In this document: positions 1 through 7,602 of the stretch, piece after piece
How positions within the stretch are numbered: the first letter of the stretch is position 1
Layout of the letters: every line of letters starts with the position of its first letter
IMG/VR virus record: IMGVR_UViG_2654587569_000008
Source: a virus
Lineage: Duplodnaviria; Heunggongvirae; Uroviricota; Caudoviricetes
Length of the DNA stretch: 11,201 nt
Direction: 5' to 3' (one strand)
Notes under the pieces: generated by a model
The model's database searches: none
The model's input: the letters and a program-made list of their open reading frames with translations, nothing else
Told to the model about the DNA's origin: nothing
Made by a program: the position numbers and the translations under genes

Positions 1-1242
1 ATGGCACGAAAAACCACCCCACTAACCATTACGGAGATCAAAAACGCACGACCAGGGGAAAAGGAATACACCCTGCAAGATGGCGGAGGATTATTTCTTC
101 TGGTGAAGCCCTCCGGATCAAAAATATGGCGTTTTACGTACTACCGCCCGGCAGATAAAAAACGGACTATTATCAGCCTTGGATCGCTGAATGATGTTTC
201 CCTGTCTGATGCCAGAGAGCGACGGAATGAATACAGGTCACTAATAGCAAAGGGAACTGACCCACAGGACCATGAACGCCGGAAACGTGAAGCAGAGAGC
301 CGGAAAAAGGGCAACACGTTCGAAAAAGTTGCCTCGGACTGGTACGAGATGAAAAAAGGCCAGAATCTGGCTTACAACACGATTAAGGATATCTGGCGAT
401 CCCTGGAAAAATACGTATTCCCGTACATCGGAAACACGCCAATAGATACCCTCACCGCTCGCCGCTTTGTTGAGATACTCACACCCATTAAAGCACGCGG
501 CAACCTGGAAACTCTGAAACGCGTTTTACAACGCATCAATGAAGTGATGGATTTTGCTGCCAACAGTGGGCTGATTGACATCAACACCGCCGCGAACGTC
601 CGCAAGGCATTCCCTTCCCCCACTAAAAAGCATATGCCAACCATCCGACCGGAACAGCTACCGCAGCTAATGCACGATTTATCGGTCGCCAGCATAGAAC
701 GGCAAACCAGATTGCTAATCGAGTGGCAACTGCTGACCGTAGCACGCCCAGCCGAAGCAGCCGCCGCACGCTGGGAAGAAATAGATCTCGATGCCGAAAC
801 ATGGACGATTCCAGCCGGACGCATGAAGATGCGCCGTGACCATGTGATCCCCCTTTGCGGTCAGGCTATGGCTGTACTGGAAACCATGAAGCCAATCAGC
901 GCACACAGGGAACACGTTTTTCCCAGCCTTAAAAACCCGATGCTGCCAATGAGCAGCCAGACCGCTAACGCCGCATTGCGCCGGATGGGTTACGCTGGTG
1001 TGCTGGTGTCTCACGGATTACGCGCCATATTCAGCACAGCAGCGAACGAGGAAGGATTCGAGCCGGACGTAATCGAGGCCGCGCTCGCACACGTGGACAC
1101 GAACGAGGTAAGGCGAGCATATAACCGAAGTAACTACCTGGAAAAGCGCGTGGTGCTTATGCGCTGGTGGGGGGAATTTGTAGAGGCCGCAGCAACTGGA
1201 GTGACCATAGCCAGTGGTAAAAGGGGTATCCGTGCCGTGTAA
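1..1242 (+). CDS. int: Tyrosine recombinase/integrase, P4 / CP4-57 (IntA-like) family
   Basis: 413-aa ORF. N-terminal MARKT.PLT..EIK...YTL.DG.GL.L..K.SGSK.W.F.YYRP and C-terminal catalytic region (HVIPL...VSHGLRAI...R..YNRS.YL..R..LM..W) match the P4-type integrase family as recalled. Window starts on its ATG, so attL and the target tRNA/tmRNA would lie upstream, outside the window. Confidence 0.9.
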   Translation: MARKTTPLTITEIKNARPGEKEYTLQDGGGLFLLVKPSGSKIWRFTYYRPADKKRTIISLGSLNDVSLSDARERRNEYRSLIAKGTDPQDHERRKREAESRKKGNTFEKVASDWYEMKKGQNLAYNTIKDIWRSLEKYVFPYIGNTPIDTLTARRFVEILTPIKARGNLETLKRVLQRINEVMDFAANSGLIDINTAANVRKAFPSPTKKHMPTIRPEQLPQLMHDLSVASIERQTRLLIEWQLLTVARPAEAAAARWEEIDLDAETWTIPAGRMKMRRDHVIPLCGQAMAVLETMKPISAHREHVFPSLKNPMLPMSSQTANAALRRMGYAGVLVSHGLRAIFSTAANEEGFEPDVIEAALAHVDTNEVRRAYNRSNYLEKRVVLMRWWGEFVEAAATGVTIASGKRGIRAV

Positions 1243-1340
1243 CTGTGCAAAAAACCAGTAAAAGCGATGCAAACCATGCCAAACCATCGTATAATTGCCA
1301 CAAATTTAACGACAAGGCCGGAGTATATGAAAATTCTATT

Positions 1341-1571
1341 ATGCAAAATACCACCGCCTACGGCGAAGGGCTGCAACTGGCGTTAATGGCAAATCGTGAA
1401 TTCTGGTCAACATACGATCCGGAAGACAAATCAACAGCCCCCACAAAACACGAGGTAGTCAGTTTTTTACGCTCGCGTGGCGCATCGAAAAATCTGGCTG
1501 AAAGCATCGACAAGGTGCTGAGGCCCACCAGCCTTAAATGCGGTGGGCGACCTAAGAAGTGGAAACGGTAA
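1341..1571 (+). CDS. Hypothetical small protein (76 aa from the ATG at 1341; the ORF is open from 1245)
   Basis: ORF sits between int and alpA and its stop is followed directly by a strong intrinsic terminator. No clear Shine-Dalgarno at 1341 and no recognisable domain, so start and reality are uncertain. Confidence 0.3.
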   Translation: MQNTTAYGEGLQLALMANREFWSTYDPEDKSTAPTKHEVVSFLRSRGASKNLAESIDKVLRPTSLKCGGRPKKWKR

Positions 1572-1576
1572 TCACA

Positions 1577-1607
1577 ATAGCGGCCCCTTGCGGTCGCTAT
1601 TTTTTTG
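1577..1607 (+). terminator. Rho-independent terminator
   Basis: Hairpin ATAGCGGCC-(CCTTGC)-GGTCGCTAT (about 9 bp with one G-U) followed by TTTTTTT. Confidence 0.65.
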
Positions 1608-1642
1608 CAGAAAGAAAAGCGTAATCAATGAGATAAAAAACA

Positions 1643-1677
1643 GTGCCCACCGTTTAAAAAGGGTGGGTACTGTTTTT
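1643..1677 (+). terminator. Second tandem rho-independent terminator
   Basis: Hairpin GTGCCCACC-(GTTTAAAAAG)-GGTGGGTAC followed by TGTTTTT. Confidence 0.55.
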
Positions 1678-1741
1678 CCCGCCCTGCCCTGTTTTACCGT
1701 ATTTATCACCGGAATACGCCGGATTAACGAGGTAAAACATA

Positions 1742-1948
1742 GTGGAAGCAATCAGAAAAATACTTACCCGTCAGGAAGTAAAAAATATTCTGCGCATCAA
1801 GGCAGACAGTTCGCTACAGGACATGATCAACGCCGGAAAATTCCCGAAAGGCTTCAAAATCGGTCTGCGTCGTGTTGGCTGGTATGAAGATGAAGTGCTG
1901 GCCTGGCTGAAAGAGCGCGAGGAAGAAGCGCGCGGAACGGCTGCGTAA
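1742..1948 (+). CDS. alpA: AlpA-family (Phage_AlpA / MerR-like HTH) regulator or excisionase
   Basis: 68-aa ORF with GTG start and GAGG about 10 nt upstream. Sequence ...LTRQEVKNILRIKADSSLQDMINAGKFPKGFKIGLRRVGWYEDEVLAWLKERE fits the AlpA/Vis-type HTH pattern (FP...W...W). Position next to a P4-type int is typical. Confidence 0.8.
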   Translation: MEAIRKILTRQEVKNILRIKADSSLQDMINAGKFPKGFKIGLRRVGWYEDEVLAWLKEREEEARGTAA

Positions 1949-2097
1949 TGGTGTGAGGCGTAACGCGATGAACATAACAAAAAGCGCCCCGTTACCGGAG
2001 CGCCCTTGCGAACAATTAACCTGCTGCGAAAAAAATGGATCAGTGCAGGGGAATTATATCAACCGTGTGGCGAAGCGCCACAATTGCCGGATAACAG

Positions 2098-2127
2098 GCA
2101 AAACAAAGGCCACCCGCTACGGTGGCC
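2098..2127 (-). terminator. Rho-independent terminator for the minus-strand two-gene unit
   Basis: Perfect 7-bp GC-rich stem GGCCACC-(CGCTAC)-GGTGGCC; on the minus strand it is followed by TTTGTTTT. Lies about 80 nt beyond the stop at 2207. Confidence 0.6.
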
Positions 2128-2206
2128 CCTCGACACAAGCTACACGTTATCCCCAACGCATGAGCATCACCAACAATGCCACATTTGCGGCTGGTGGGCA
2201 ATGTGA

Positions 2207-2380
2207 TCAGTCAGATTTGGTTCGTTCCAAGGTTTGCAACGAGAGCTTTTTCCTGTGCTCTTTAAGGAATTTCTCAAGAGCAAACGAACAAGGTGCGAAT
2301 CTTTCTGATTCATGTTCTATCTTTCTGCGCCGTCTTTTCCGTGCCGGTGATAATGTTTTGGTCAATTCTTTATCGGTCAT
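2207..2380 (-). CDS. Hypothetical small highly basic protein (57 aa; alternative start at 2395)
   Basis: Second gene of the minus-strand unit. AGGA about 9 nt upstream of the ATG at 2380. Arg/Lys-rich (ARKRRRRK); no recognisable family. Confidence 0.4.
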   Translation of the reverse strand: MTDKELTKTLSPARKRRRRKIEHESERFAPCSFALEKFLKEHRKKLSLQTLERTKSD

Positions 2381-2437
2381 TGTGTTGTCCTGCATAGCAA
2401 TGCGCCGTAGTTACTCACACCACGGCGCTGGTGATGG

Positions 2438-2617
2438 TTACTCCTGCTCTTTGGCCTTGCGCCGCTGGCGGCGTTTGATCTCGCCTTGCATTGACGTAAT
2501 GATGAATTGTGATGTGCTTTCGCCTGATTCTTTCACTGATTCCATGGCGTTTACTATTTCGTGTGGTACACGAGCCTTTAGAGCTTGTGATTTTGCGTTT
2601 GTTGTACCCGTTGCCAT
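2438..2617 (-). CDS. Small putative DNA-binding regulator (ribbon-helix-helix-like pattern), candidate island repressor
   Basis: 59-aa ORF starting at an internal ATG of the listed 2438..2791 frame, with GAGGAA 7 nt upstream. KSQALKARVPHEIVNAMESVKESGESTSQFIITSM resembles the strand-helix-helix layout of CopG/Arc proteins. Divergent from the early operon with operators in between. Function is inferred, not demonstrated. Confidence 0.45.
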   Translation of the reverse strand: MATGTTNAKSQALKARVPHEIVNAMESVKESGESTSQFIITSMQGEIKRRQRRKAKEQE

Positions 2618-2678
2618 TTCTATTCCTCTGGTGGATTGGTGGGGGACAGTATACACAGAAAAAGCACAAATAAAACTC

Positions 2679-2724
2679 TTGACGTGGGCCACACCTAAAA
2701 CATATAGTGGGCCACACCTTAAAA
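2679..2724 (+). promoter_or_regulatory. Sigma70-like early promoter overlapped by two direct-repeat palindromic operators
   Basis: TTGACG (2679-2684), 18-nt spacer, TATAGT (2703-2708). Two copies of GTGGGCCACACCT(T)AAAA at 2684-2700 and 2707-2724, 23 bp apart, one between -35 and -10 and one over the start region. Core GTGG-G-CCAC is itself a palindrome. Confidence 0.45.
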
Positions 2725-2816
2725 TTATCAAGGCGCATAAATGCAAAGCCCCGCAAGTGTCGTTACCACTCGCAGGGCTTCTAACCACCAACGATAGCAG
2801 AAGTATCGAGGTAGCT

Positions 2817-3023
2817 ATGAGAAATTATACCAGACACCCGCAAGGGCGGGACTCGCACAACCTGAATAAATACATCTGGCGTTTTATCGCCCTGAGCACG
2901 GCACAACCGCGCGTGATTACCATTGAGGCCACCAGCGAACAGGAAGCACGCCAGCAATCTCCTGATGGCTGCGTGATGGTATTCGCCGCCCGTATTCGTC
3001 AGGAGGTGCGCCATGTGCAATAA
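2817..3023 (+). CDS. Hypothetical protein (68 aa), possible first gene of the early operon
   Basis: ATG with GAGGT 5-6 nt upstream; its stop overlaps the next gene's start. It is the 3' part of a long, otherwise implausible plus-strand ORF, so confidence is low. Confidence 0.3.
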   Translation: MRNYTRHPQGRDSHNLNKYIWRFIALSTAQPRVITIEATSEQEARQQSPDGCVMVFAARIRQEVRHVQ

Positions 3024-3252
3024 CCCCCGTCCGGACGCAGCCGCCGAAGCTATCAGAACGCTGATGCACGCGCTGATTGATATTTCATGCACGGCAGCAA
3101 CCGCAGAAAAACACATTACCAGAGAGCCGGAATATACAGGGGCAATAATCCCGCATTCGCTGGCCTACGCACAGCTTACCGCTGATATGGCACTGAATGA
3201 GGCCAGGGCTATCCTGATTGCTGATTGTGAAAATGGGGGGGGTTATGCGTGA
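3013..3252 (+). CDS. Hypothetical protein (79 aa)
   Basis: Strong Shine-Dalgarno AGGAGGTG 5 nt upstream of the ATG. Stop overlaps the next start (ATGCGTGA). Confidence 0.55.
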   Translation: MCNNPRPDAAAEAIRTLMHALIDISCTAATAEKHITREPEYTGAIIPHSLAYAQLTADMALNEARAILIADCENGGGYA

Positions 3253-3478
3253 TGATCGTTTTAATGCCCTGAAACAGGAATTTGATGGCGCACCGGAACA
3301 CGAAGCAGACGCATTGTTGGGCGTTGCTGACATGATAAAAGCCGCATTTTTTCTTATCAATACCAGTGGCTACAGGTCAGAGGGTGCGGAGATTCTCAAT
3401 ATTGCGTCGGACTATGCGGAATATGTTGCAGAGGCGCGTTACAGAAGAAAATTCCCGGAGGTGGTGAGCCATGAATGA
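3245..3478 (+). CDS. Hypothetical protein (77 aa)
   Basis: ATG at 3245 preceded by a G-rich SD-like run; translationally coupled upstream and downstream (ATGAATGA overlap at 3471-3478). Confidence 0.5.
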   Translation: MRDDRFNALKQEFDGAPEHEADALLGVADMIKAAFFLINTSGYRSEGAEILNIASDYAEYVAEARYRRKFPEVVSHE

Positions 3479-3698
3479 AATCCCTTTCGATGTTCTTATT
3501 CATTCTGAAAACGCATTAATCCGCGCAAAGGAAATGGAGGCATTATTACTTAAGTTAATGGAAGTGCCGGAAAATGGCGATGAATCATATCCCATGATGT
3601 TTTCTGCCGTGCACACATTATTAACGCCAGTAATTAACGAATTAAATACGGTGATGGCAATTCACGAGAATAATAAAACGCATCACACCGGAGAATAA
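3471..3698 (+). CDS. Hypothetical protein (75 aa)
   Basis: GGAGGTGG 6-8 nt upstream; start overlaps the previous stop. Confidence 0.5.
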   Translation: MNEIPFDVLIHSENALIRAKEMEALLLKLMEVPENGDESYPMMFSAVHTLLTPVINELNTVMAIHENNKTHHTGE

Positions 3699-3703
3699 AA
3701 ACC

Positions 3704-4003
3704 ATGAAACAGAAAAATTCTGGCTTTACTGCCAGCGGCCTCTCTCGGCCTGAAATCCGCCCCGGCGATATTTTCAAAGATAAATACGGCGGCACTGTAA
3801 CGATTAAAAGCGTGGTGGGACGGTGTGTTACTTACCGCCGTGATGGGTACGGCTATGACTGCGTGATGCCTGTTTATCAGTTCCGGCGTGATTTTTCTCT
3901 GGTACAGAACGCAACACGCGGTAAGCCCACCAGCAGGGAAAAAGCACGGGAAAATATTAAGAAAATAAAAAGCATGCTCAGCGCATCCAGAGGTAAAAAA
4001 TGA
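3704..4003 (+). CDS. Hypothetical protein (99 aa), basic C-terminus
   Basis: GGAGAA upstream of the ATG; its stop overlaps the repA start (ATGA at 4000-4003). Confidence 0.55.
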   Translation: MKQKNSGFTASGLSRPEIRPGDIFKDKYGGTVTIKSVVGRCVTYRRDGYGYDCVMPVYQFRRDFSLVQNATRGKPTSREKARENIKKIKSMLSASRGKK

Positions 4004-5406
4004 AACTGGCACCGAACGTAAAACTGTTACCGAAAGATAAACACACTGAGGCGGTTATTTTTGCGGGTGATAATGCTCACTCCTTTGCAGAACATTACAT
4101 GATTGCACAGGCCAAAAAAGCAGGCGATCCCATCCCTCCGGTTTACCTGGGCCGTTATCAGTTAAGCGAACTGGACAATTTACAGATTGTTGATGAAGGA
4201 CGATACAGAGCAAAGGTCATACGCGCCGGAAACCTGGACGATATGCAGATGCTGACCATTGCCACCAAATTGGCGATCGCAGGTGTCCGGGAAGCGCGGT
4301 TACTTTCAGAGAATTTCGAACTACTGGAGGACTGGAGCGAGCAACTACCGCGGCTTAAAGAAACCTGGGAACGCGGGGAAAGTCTGGTCATGAATGGTGG
4401 AAAGCGAAAAATCACACTTCCCATCTCATGGGGTTCTGAGGGATTCGACGCGCAGCAAAGCTACGTAATTAAGGGGCTTATTCCGGCTGAATCATTATGC
4501 AGCACCTACGGGGCCAGCGGTTCTTATAAATCGTTCCTGGCTATTTCCTGGTCGTGTCATGTTGCCACAGGTATAGCATGGGGAGGCCGCAGGGTAAGTA
4601 AGGGCGCGGTTATTTATATCGCTGGCGAAGGCAGCATGGGCGTAAAACGCCGCGTTAAGGCGTGGGAGATAACCCACGACAAGGTGGTTACAGATTTGTG
4701 CATCATTAACGCGCCTGTTTTCCCTGCATCGCCTGACTATGTGGAGCAGGTTATCAGAACTGCCGGACTTGTTAAGAGCAGAACGGGCGAAAATGTGCGG
4801 CTGATTGTGATAGACACGCTGGCCCGTTGCTTTGGTGGGAATGATGAAAATGATTCCCGTGATATGGGCGCATTTATCCAGGGGTGTGACGCGATAAAGC
4901 AGGCCACAGGGGCCACGGTGCTGGTGGTTCACCATTCCGGCAAGGATGAAACAAAGGGGGCGCGTGGTTCCAGCGCATTCCGTGCCGCACTGGATGCAGA
5001 GTACCGAATCAGCCGGGAAAATTCAGACGTTACAGCACTGGTGGCGGCGTGTACGAAGATGAAGGACGCAGAGGAGCCAAAAGAAAGCGCATACGACCTT
5101 AAAAGCGTGGAGGTGTTTACCGATACAGATGGCGAAGAGATTGTGTCCATGGTGGTGATTGACGTTCCCCGCGCCCCTGCTGAACTGGAACGCATCGAGG
5201 AGGCCGGGAACAAGACGGAAAATCACACGGCTTTATGGGGTTGTATCCGATCACGTATACAGCATGGTGATAAATGCACGATCCCGCTGCTACGTGACGA
5301 CATGAAAAAGCTGGGATATGACACAAAACACCTTAAACGATGGTTAGCAAAACTGGAAAAAGACGGCGTGATTTGCGTCGATGGGGATGATGTTCACCCA
5401 CTGTAA
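4000..5406 (+). CDS. Replication initiator/helicase, RepA-like RecA-fold ATPase (AAA_25-like)
   Basis: 468 aa. Walker A-like GASGSYKS, Walker B-like LIVIDTLARCF, a VLVVHHSGKDE motif, and a basic C-terminal tail that could be a DNA-binding domain. No primase domain recognised. Followed immediately by an iteron array. Confidence 0.85.
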   Translation: MKLAPNVKLLPKDKHTEAVIFAGDNAHSFAEHYMIAQAKKAGDPIPPVYLGRYQLSELDNLQIVDEGRYRAKVIRAGNLDDMQMLTIATKLAIAGVREARLLSENFELLEDWSEQLPRLKETWERGESLVMNGGKRKITLPISWGSEGFDAQQSYVIKGLIPAESLCSTYGASGSYKSFLAISWSCHVATGIAWGGRRVSKGAVIYIAGEGSMGVKRRVKAWEITHDKVVTDLCIINAPVFPASPDYVEQVIRTAGLVKSRTGENVRLIVIDTLARCFGGNDENDSRDMGAFIQGCDAIKQATGATVLVVHHSGKDETKGARGSSAFRAALDAEYRISRENSDVTALVAACTKMKDAEEPKESAYDLKSVEVFTDTDGEEIVSMVVIDVPRAPAELERIEEAGNKTENHTALWGCIRSRIQHGDKCTIPLLRDDMKKLGYDTKHLKRWLAKLEKDGVICVDGDDVHPL

Positions 5407-5610
5407 AAAGTGGGCGTTAAAAGTGGGAATAGTGGGTAATTTAACCGAAATTTAACAAAATCGCCCACTTTCCCACGTGTATACATCCAAAAAAGTGGGC
5501 ACTAAAAAAATACTTATGAAACAGTACGATATAAAACCACAAAATCCCAGGTGGGACGAAGTGGGAAACCATGAAAAGTGGGCAGAAAAAGTGGGCACAG
5601 GTGGGCGCAT
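5404..5610. repeat. Iteron array, putative origin of replication
   Basis: Eleven copies of the GTGGG core within about 200 bp, mostly as AAAAGTGGGC(A): nine direct (5410, 5423, 5432, 5495, 5551, 5561, 5578, 5591, 5601) and two inverted CCCAC (5464, 5472), with A-rich spacers. Directly downstream of repA. Confidence 0.6.
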
Positions 5611-5860
5611 GACAAGAAAAACCAGAGATAAGACAGCACCAAAATATAAAGCGTTAGACATGACAGAGCACGCCTTAAAGGTGGCAATCAGAACGATAGA
5701 CCGCCACGCCGGGGAAGGATACGCGAAAGCACATCCCGAACTGATAAGCGCATTCATGACCACGACGGCGGCAAATTTTGCCACGCTGACAGAGCGGGAG
5801 ATTGCCGAAGCGGAACAGGTAACAACAATCAACGTTAAAACCGGAGAGGTGGAATCATGA
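5609..5860 (+). CDS. Hypothetical protein (83 aa from the ATG at 5609; ORF open from 5477)
   Basis: AGGTGG just upstream of the ATG at 5609; the longer version would be translated across the iterons. Stop overlaps the ssb start (ATGA). Confidence 0.4.
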   Translation: MTRKTRDKTAPKYKALDMTEHALKVAIRTIDRHAGEGYAKAHPELISAFMTTTAANFATLTEREIAEAEQVTTINVKTGEVES

Positions 5861-6279
5861 CAGCACAGATAGCGGCTTACGGGCGGCTGGTGGCTGACCC
5901 GCAGTTAAAGACCACCAGCAAAGGGACACAAATGGCGATGGCGAGTATGGCAGTTCCCCTGCCGTGCAGCCAGGCAGATGACGGAACGGCGACGATGTGG
6001 TTATCTGTCCGGGCGTTTGGCAGACAGGCCGACGCACTGGCAAAACACCACAAAGGCGAACTCCTGAGCGTGGCGGGTAACATGCAGGTGAGCCAGTGGA
6101 CAGGCCAGAACGGCGAAACGCGGCAGGGCTGGCAGGTTATCGCAGACAGTGTAATCAGTGCCAGAACGGCGCGACCGGGCGGCAAAAAAGGTCAACAGGG
6201 GCAGGCTACTGACGCACTGAACAGGGCAAAACAACAGGCGGGAAATGATGATCCGTACGGGGATAACATACCGTTTTAA
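5857..6279 (+). CDS. ssb: Single-stranded DNA-binding protein (SSB)
   Basis: 140 aa. OB-fold region aligns by eye with E. coli SSB (GRLVADPQL..., W..V..FG..A......KG......G.....W....G), and the C-terminus ends DDPYGDNIPF, matching the SSB acidic tip D-D-D-I-P-F. GGAGAGGTGG RBS. Confidence 0.8.
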   Translation: MTAQIAAYGRLVADPQLKTTSKGTQMAMASMAVPLPCSQADDGTATMWLSVRAFGRQADALAKHHKGELLSVAGNMQVSQWTGQNGETRQGWQVIADSVISARTARPGGKKGQQGQATDALNRAKQQAGNDDPYGDNIPF

Positions 6280-6295
6280 GCAACGAGTAACAGAG

Positions 6296-6317
6296 GCCGG
6301 AGCAATCCGGCTTTTAT
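6296..6317 (+). terminator. Rho-independent terminator ending the replication operon
   Basis: GCCGGA-(GCAA)-TCCGGC followed by TTTTAT, 17 nt after the ssb stop. Confidence 0.6.
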
Positions 6318-6552
6318 CAGTTGAGTCCGTCACACTACGCAAAAAAAAAGGCCGGAATATTCCGACCCCTTCATCACCAAAGAGAATAATTTATGTCTTT
6401 GAACTTGTAACGCTGTACAGAATGACACGTAACGCCGGATAAATAAACGAAGATTGAAACTTTGCACACTATTGCATAGCAATGCATAAAGATGCCAAAC
6501 AAGGCAGATGATAAAATTAACGCGACACTTTTACTAAGTATTAAGAGGTTAT

Positions 6553-7593
6553 ATGAGTGATTTATATTCGCCAGCCATGTTAATACAGGTTGTTAATGCC
6601 GAAGATATTCAATGGCAGATTAATTCTTTATTTATAAACCTGTTTTTTAAGCGAGTCGTTACATTTGAGACGCGGGATATTGCGCTTGATATTATTGACG
6701 ATCCAGACATCCCGATGGCTGCATTTTGTTCCCCTATGGTTGGTAGTAAAGTCTCACGCGATGAAGGCTACGAATCAAAAGTAATTCGCCCTGGCTATAT
6801 GAAGCCAAAAAGTAGTATCGACCCAAATAAAATAGCCGTTCGTCAACCAGGCGTATCACCTGAACAATTCAATGCATATTCATCACGCAGTTTCAAAATA
6901 AAGCGAGCGTTAGTAAGACAAGCGCAGGCAATTCGTGCGCGTATTGAGTGGCTTGCTGTTCAGGCGGTTACAACGGGGAAAAATATCATTGAAGGCGATG
7001 GAATTGAACGTTATGAACTGGACTGGAATATAAAACCACAAAATATTATCACGCAGTCCGGCGGCACGGAGTGGAGCGGTAGAGATTTATCAACATTTGA
7101 TCCAAACGATGACATCGAAGAGTACGCAGAAATCAGCGAAGGTACTACAAATATCATCGTAATGGGCCGCAACGTATGGAAAAAATACCGCGCCTTTAAA
7201 GCAGTAAAAGATTGCCTTGATACTCGACGGGGATCTAATTCCGTTCTTGAAACGGCCCTGAAAAATCTTGGGGATTCTGTAAGCTTCAAGGGTTACGTTG
7301 GCGATGTTGCTATTGTGGTATATAGCGGACGTTATACCGACGAGGACGGCAAAGAAAAATATTTCCTTGATCCTGATTTGATGGTGCTTGGCAACACATC
7401 ATTACAGGGCATCGTTGCCTACGGTGGCATTCAGGATCCTGAGTTAATCAGAATGGGGCTGACTAAAGCCGAACTTGCGCCGAAAAATTACATCGTACCA
7501 GGTGATCCGGCTATTGAATATGTGCAGACGCACAGCGCACCGCAACCAATACCGGCCCGCATCAATCGTTTTGTTACCGTTCGCATTGGTTAA
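6553..7593 (+). CDS. Major capsid protein, phage lambda gpE family
   Basis: 346 aa (lambda gpE is 341). Long blocks match gpE as recalled: NIITQSGGTEWS, KAVKDCLDTRRGSNSVLETA, GDVAIVVYSGRY, MVLGNT, PGYMKPK, PKNYIVPGDPA. AAGAGG RBS. Confidence 0.9.
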   Translation: MSDLYSPAMLIQVVNAEDIQWQINSLFINLFFKRVVTFETRDIALDIIDDPDIPMAAFCSPMVGSKVSRDEGYESKVIRPGYMKPKSSIDPNKIAVRQPGVSPEQFNAYSSRSFKIKRALVRQAQAIRARIEWLAVQAVTTGKNIIEGDGIERYELDWNIKPQNIITQSGGTEWSGRDLSTFDPNDDIEEYAEISEGTTNIIVMGRNVWKKYRAFKAVKDCLDTRRGSNSVLETALKNLGDSVSFKGYVGDVAIVVYSGRYTDEDGKEKYFLDPDLMVLGNTSLQGIVAYGGIQDPELIRMGLTKAELAPKNYIVPGDPAIEYVQTHSAPQPIPARINRFVTVRIG

Positions 7594-7602
7594 GGGGGAG
7601 CA

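Noticed and set aside
372-1376. Several minus-strand ORFs of 65-150 aa (372..824, 715..1014, 1018..1287, 1134..1376, 1157..1354)
   Set aside because: All lie antisense to the integrase gene, are mutually overlapping, and have junk-like composition.
2207-2617. Classical toxin-antitoxin pair
   Set aside because: The second protein is only 57 aa and does not resemble RelE/ParE/MazF-type toxins. Retained only as an open possibility in a finding.
1953-3023. Longest unannotated ORF in the window (356 aa, plus strand)
   Set aside because: Cys/Ser/Arg-rich with no domain-like stretch. It runs antisense across two minus-strand genes that have their own RBSs and terminator, and across a promoter/operator region. 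Only its last 68 codons (2817..3023, with an RBS) are kept, at low confidence.
4158-5326. Minus-strand ORFs inside repA (4158..4424, 4495..4935, 4929..5213, 5023..5226, 5117..5326)
   Set aside because: Antisense to a well-supported ATPase gene; no RBS or domain signal.
5452-6342. Minus-strand ORFs 5452..5832, 5855..6043, 5877..6185, 6001..6342
   Set aside because: Antisense to the ssb operon and the iteron region; hydrophobic or Cys-rich junk-like translations.
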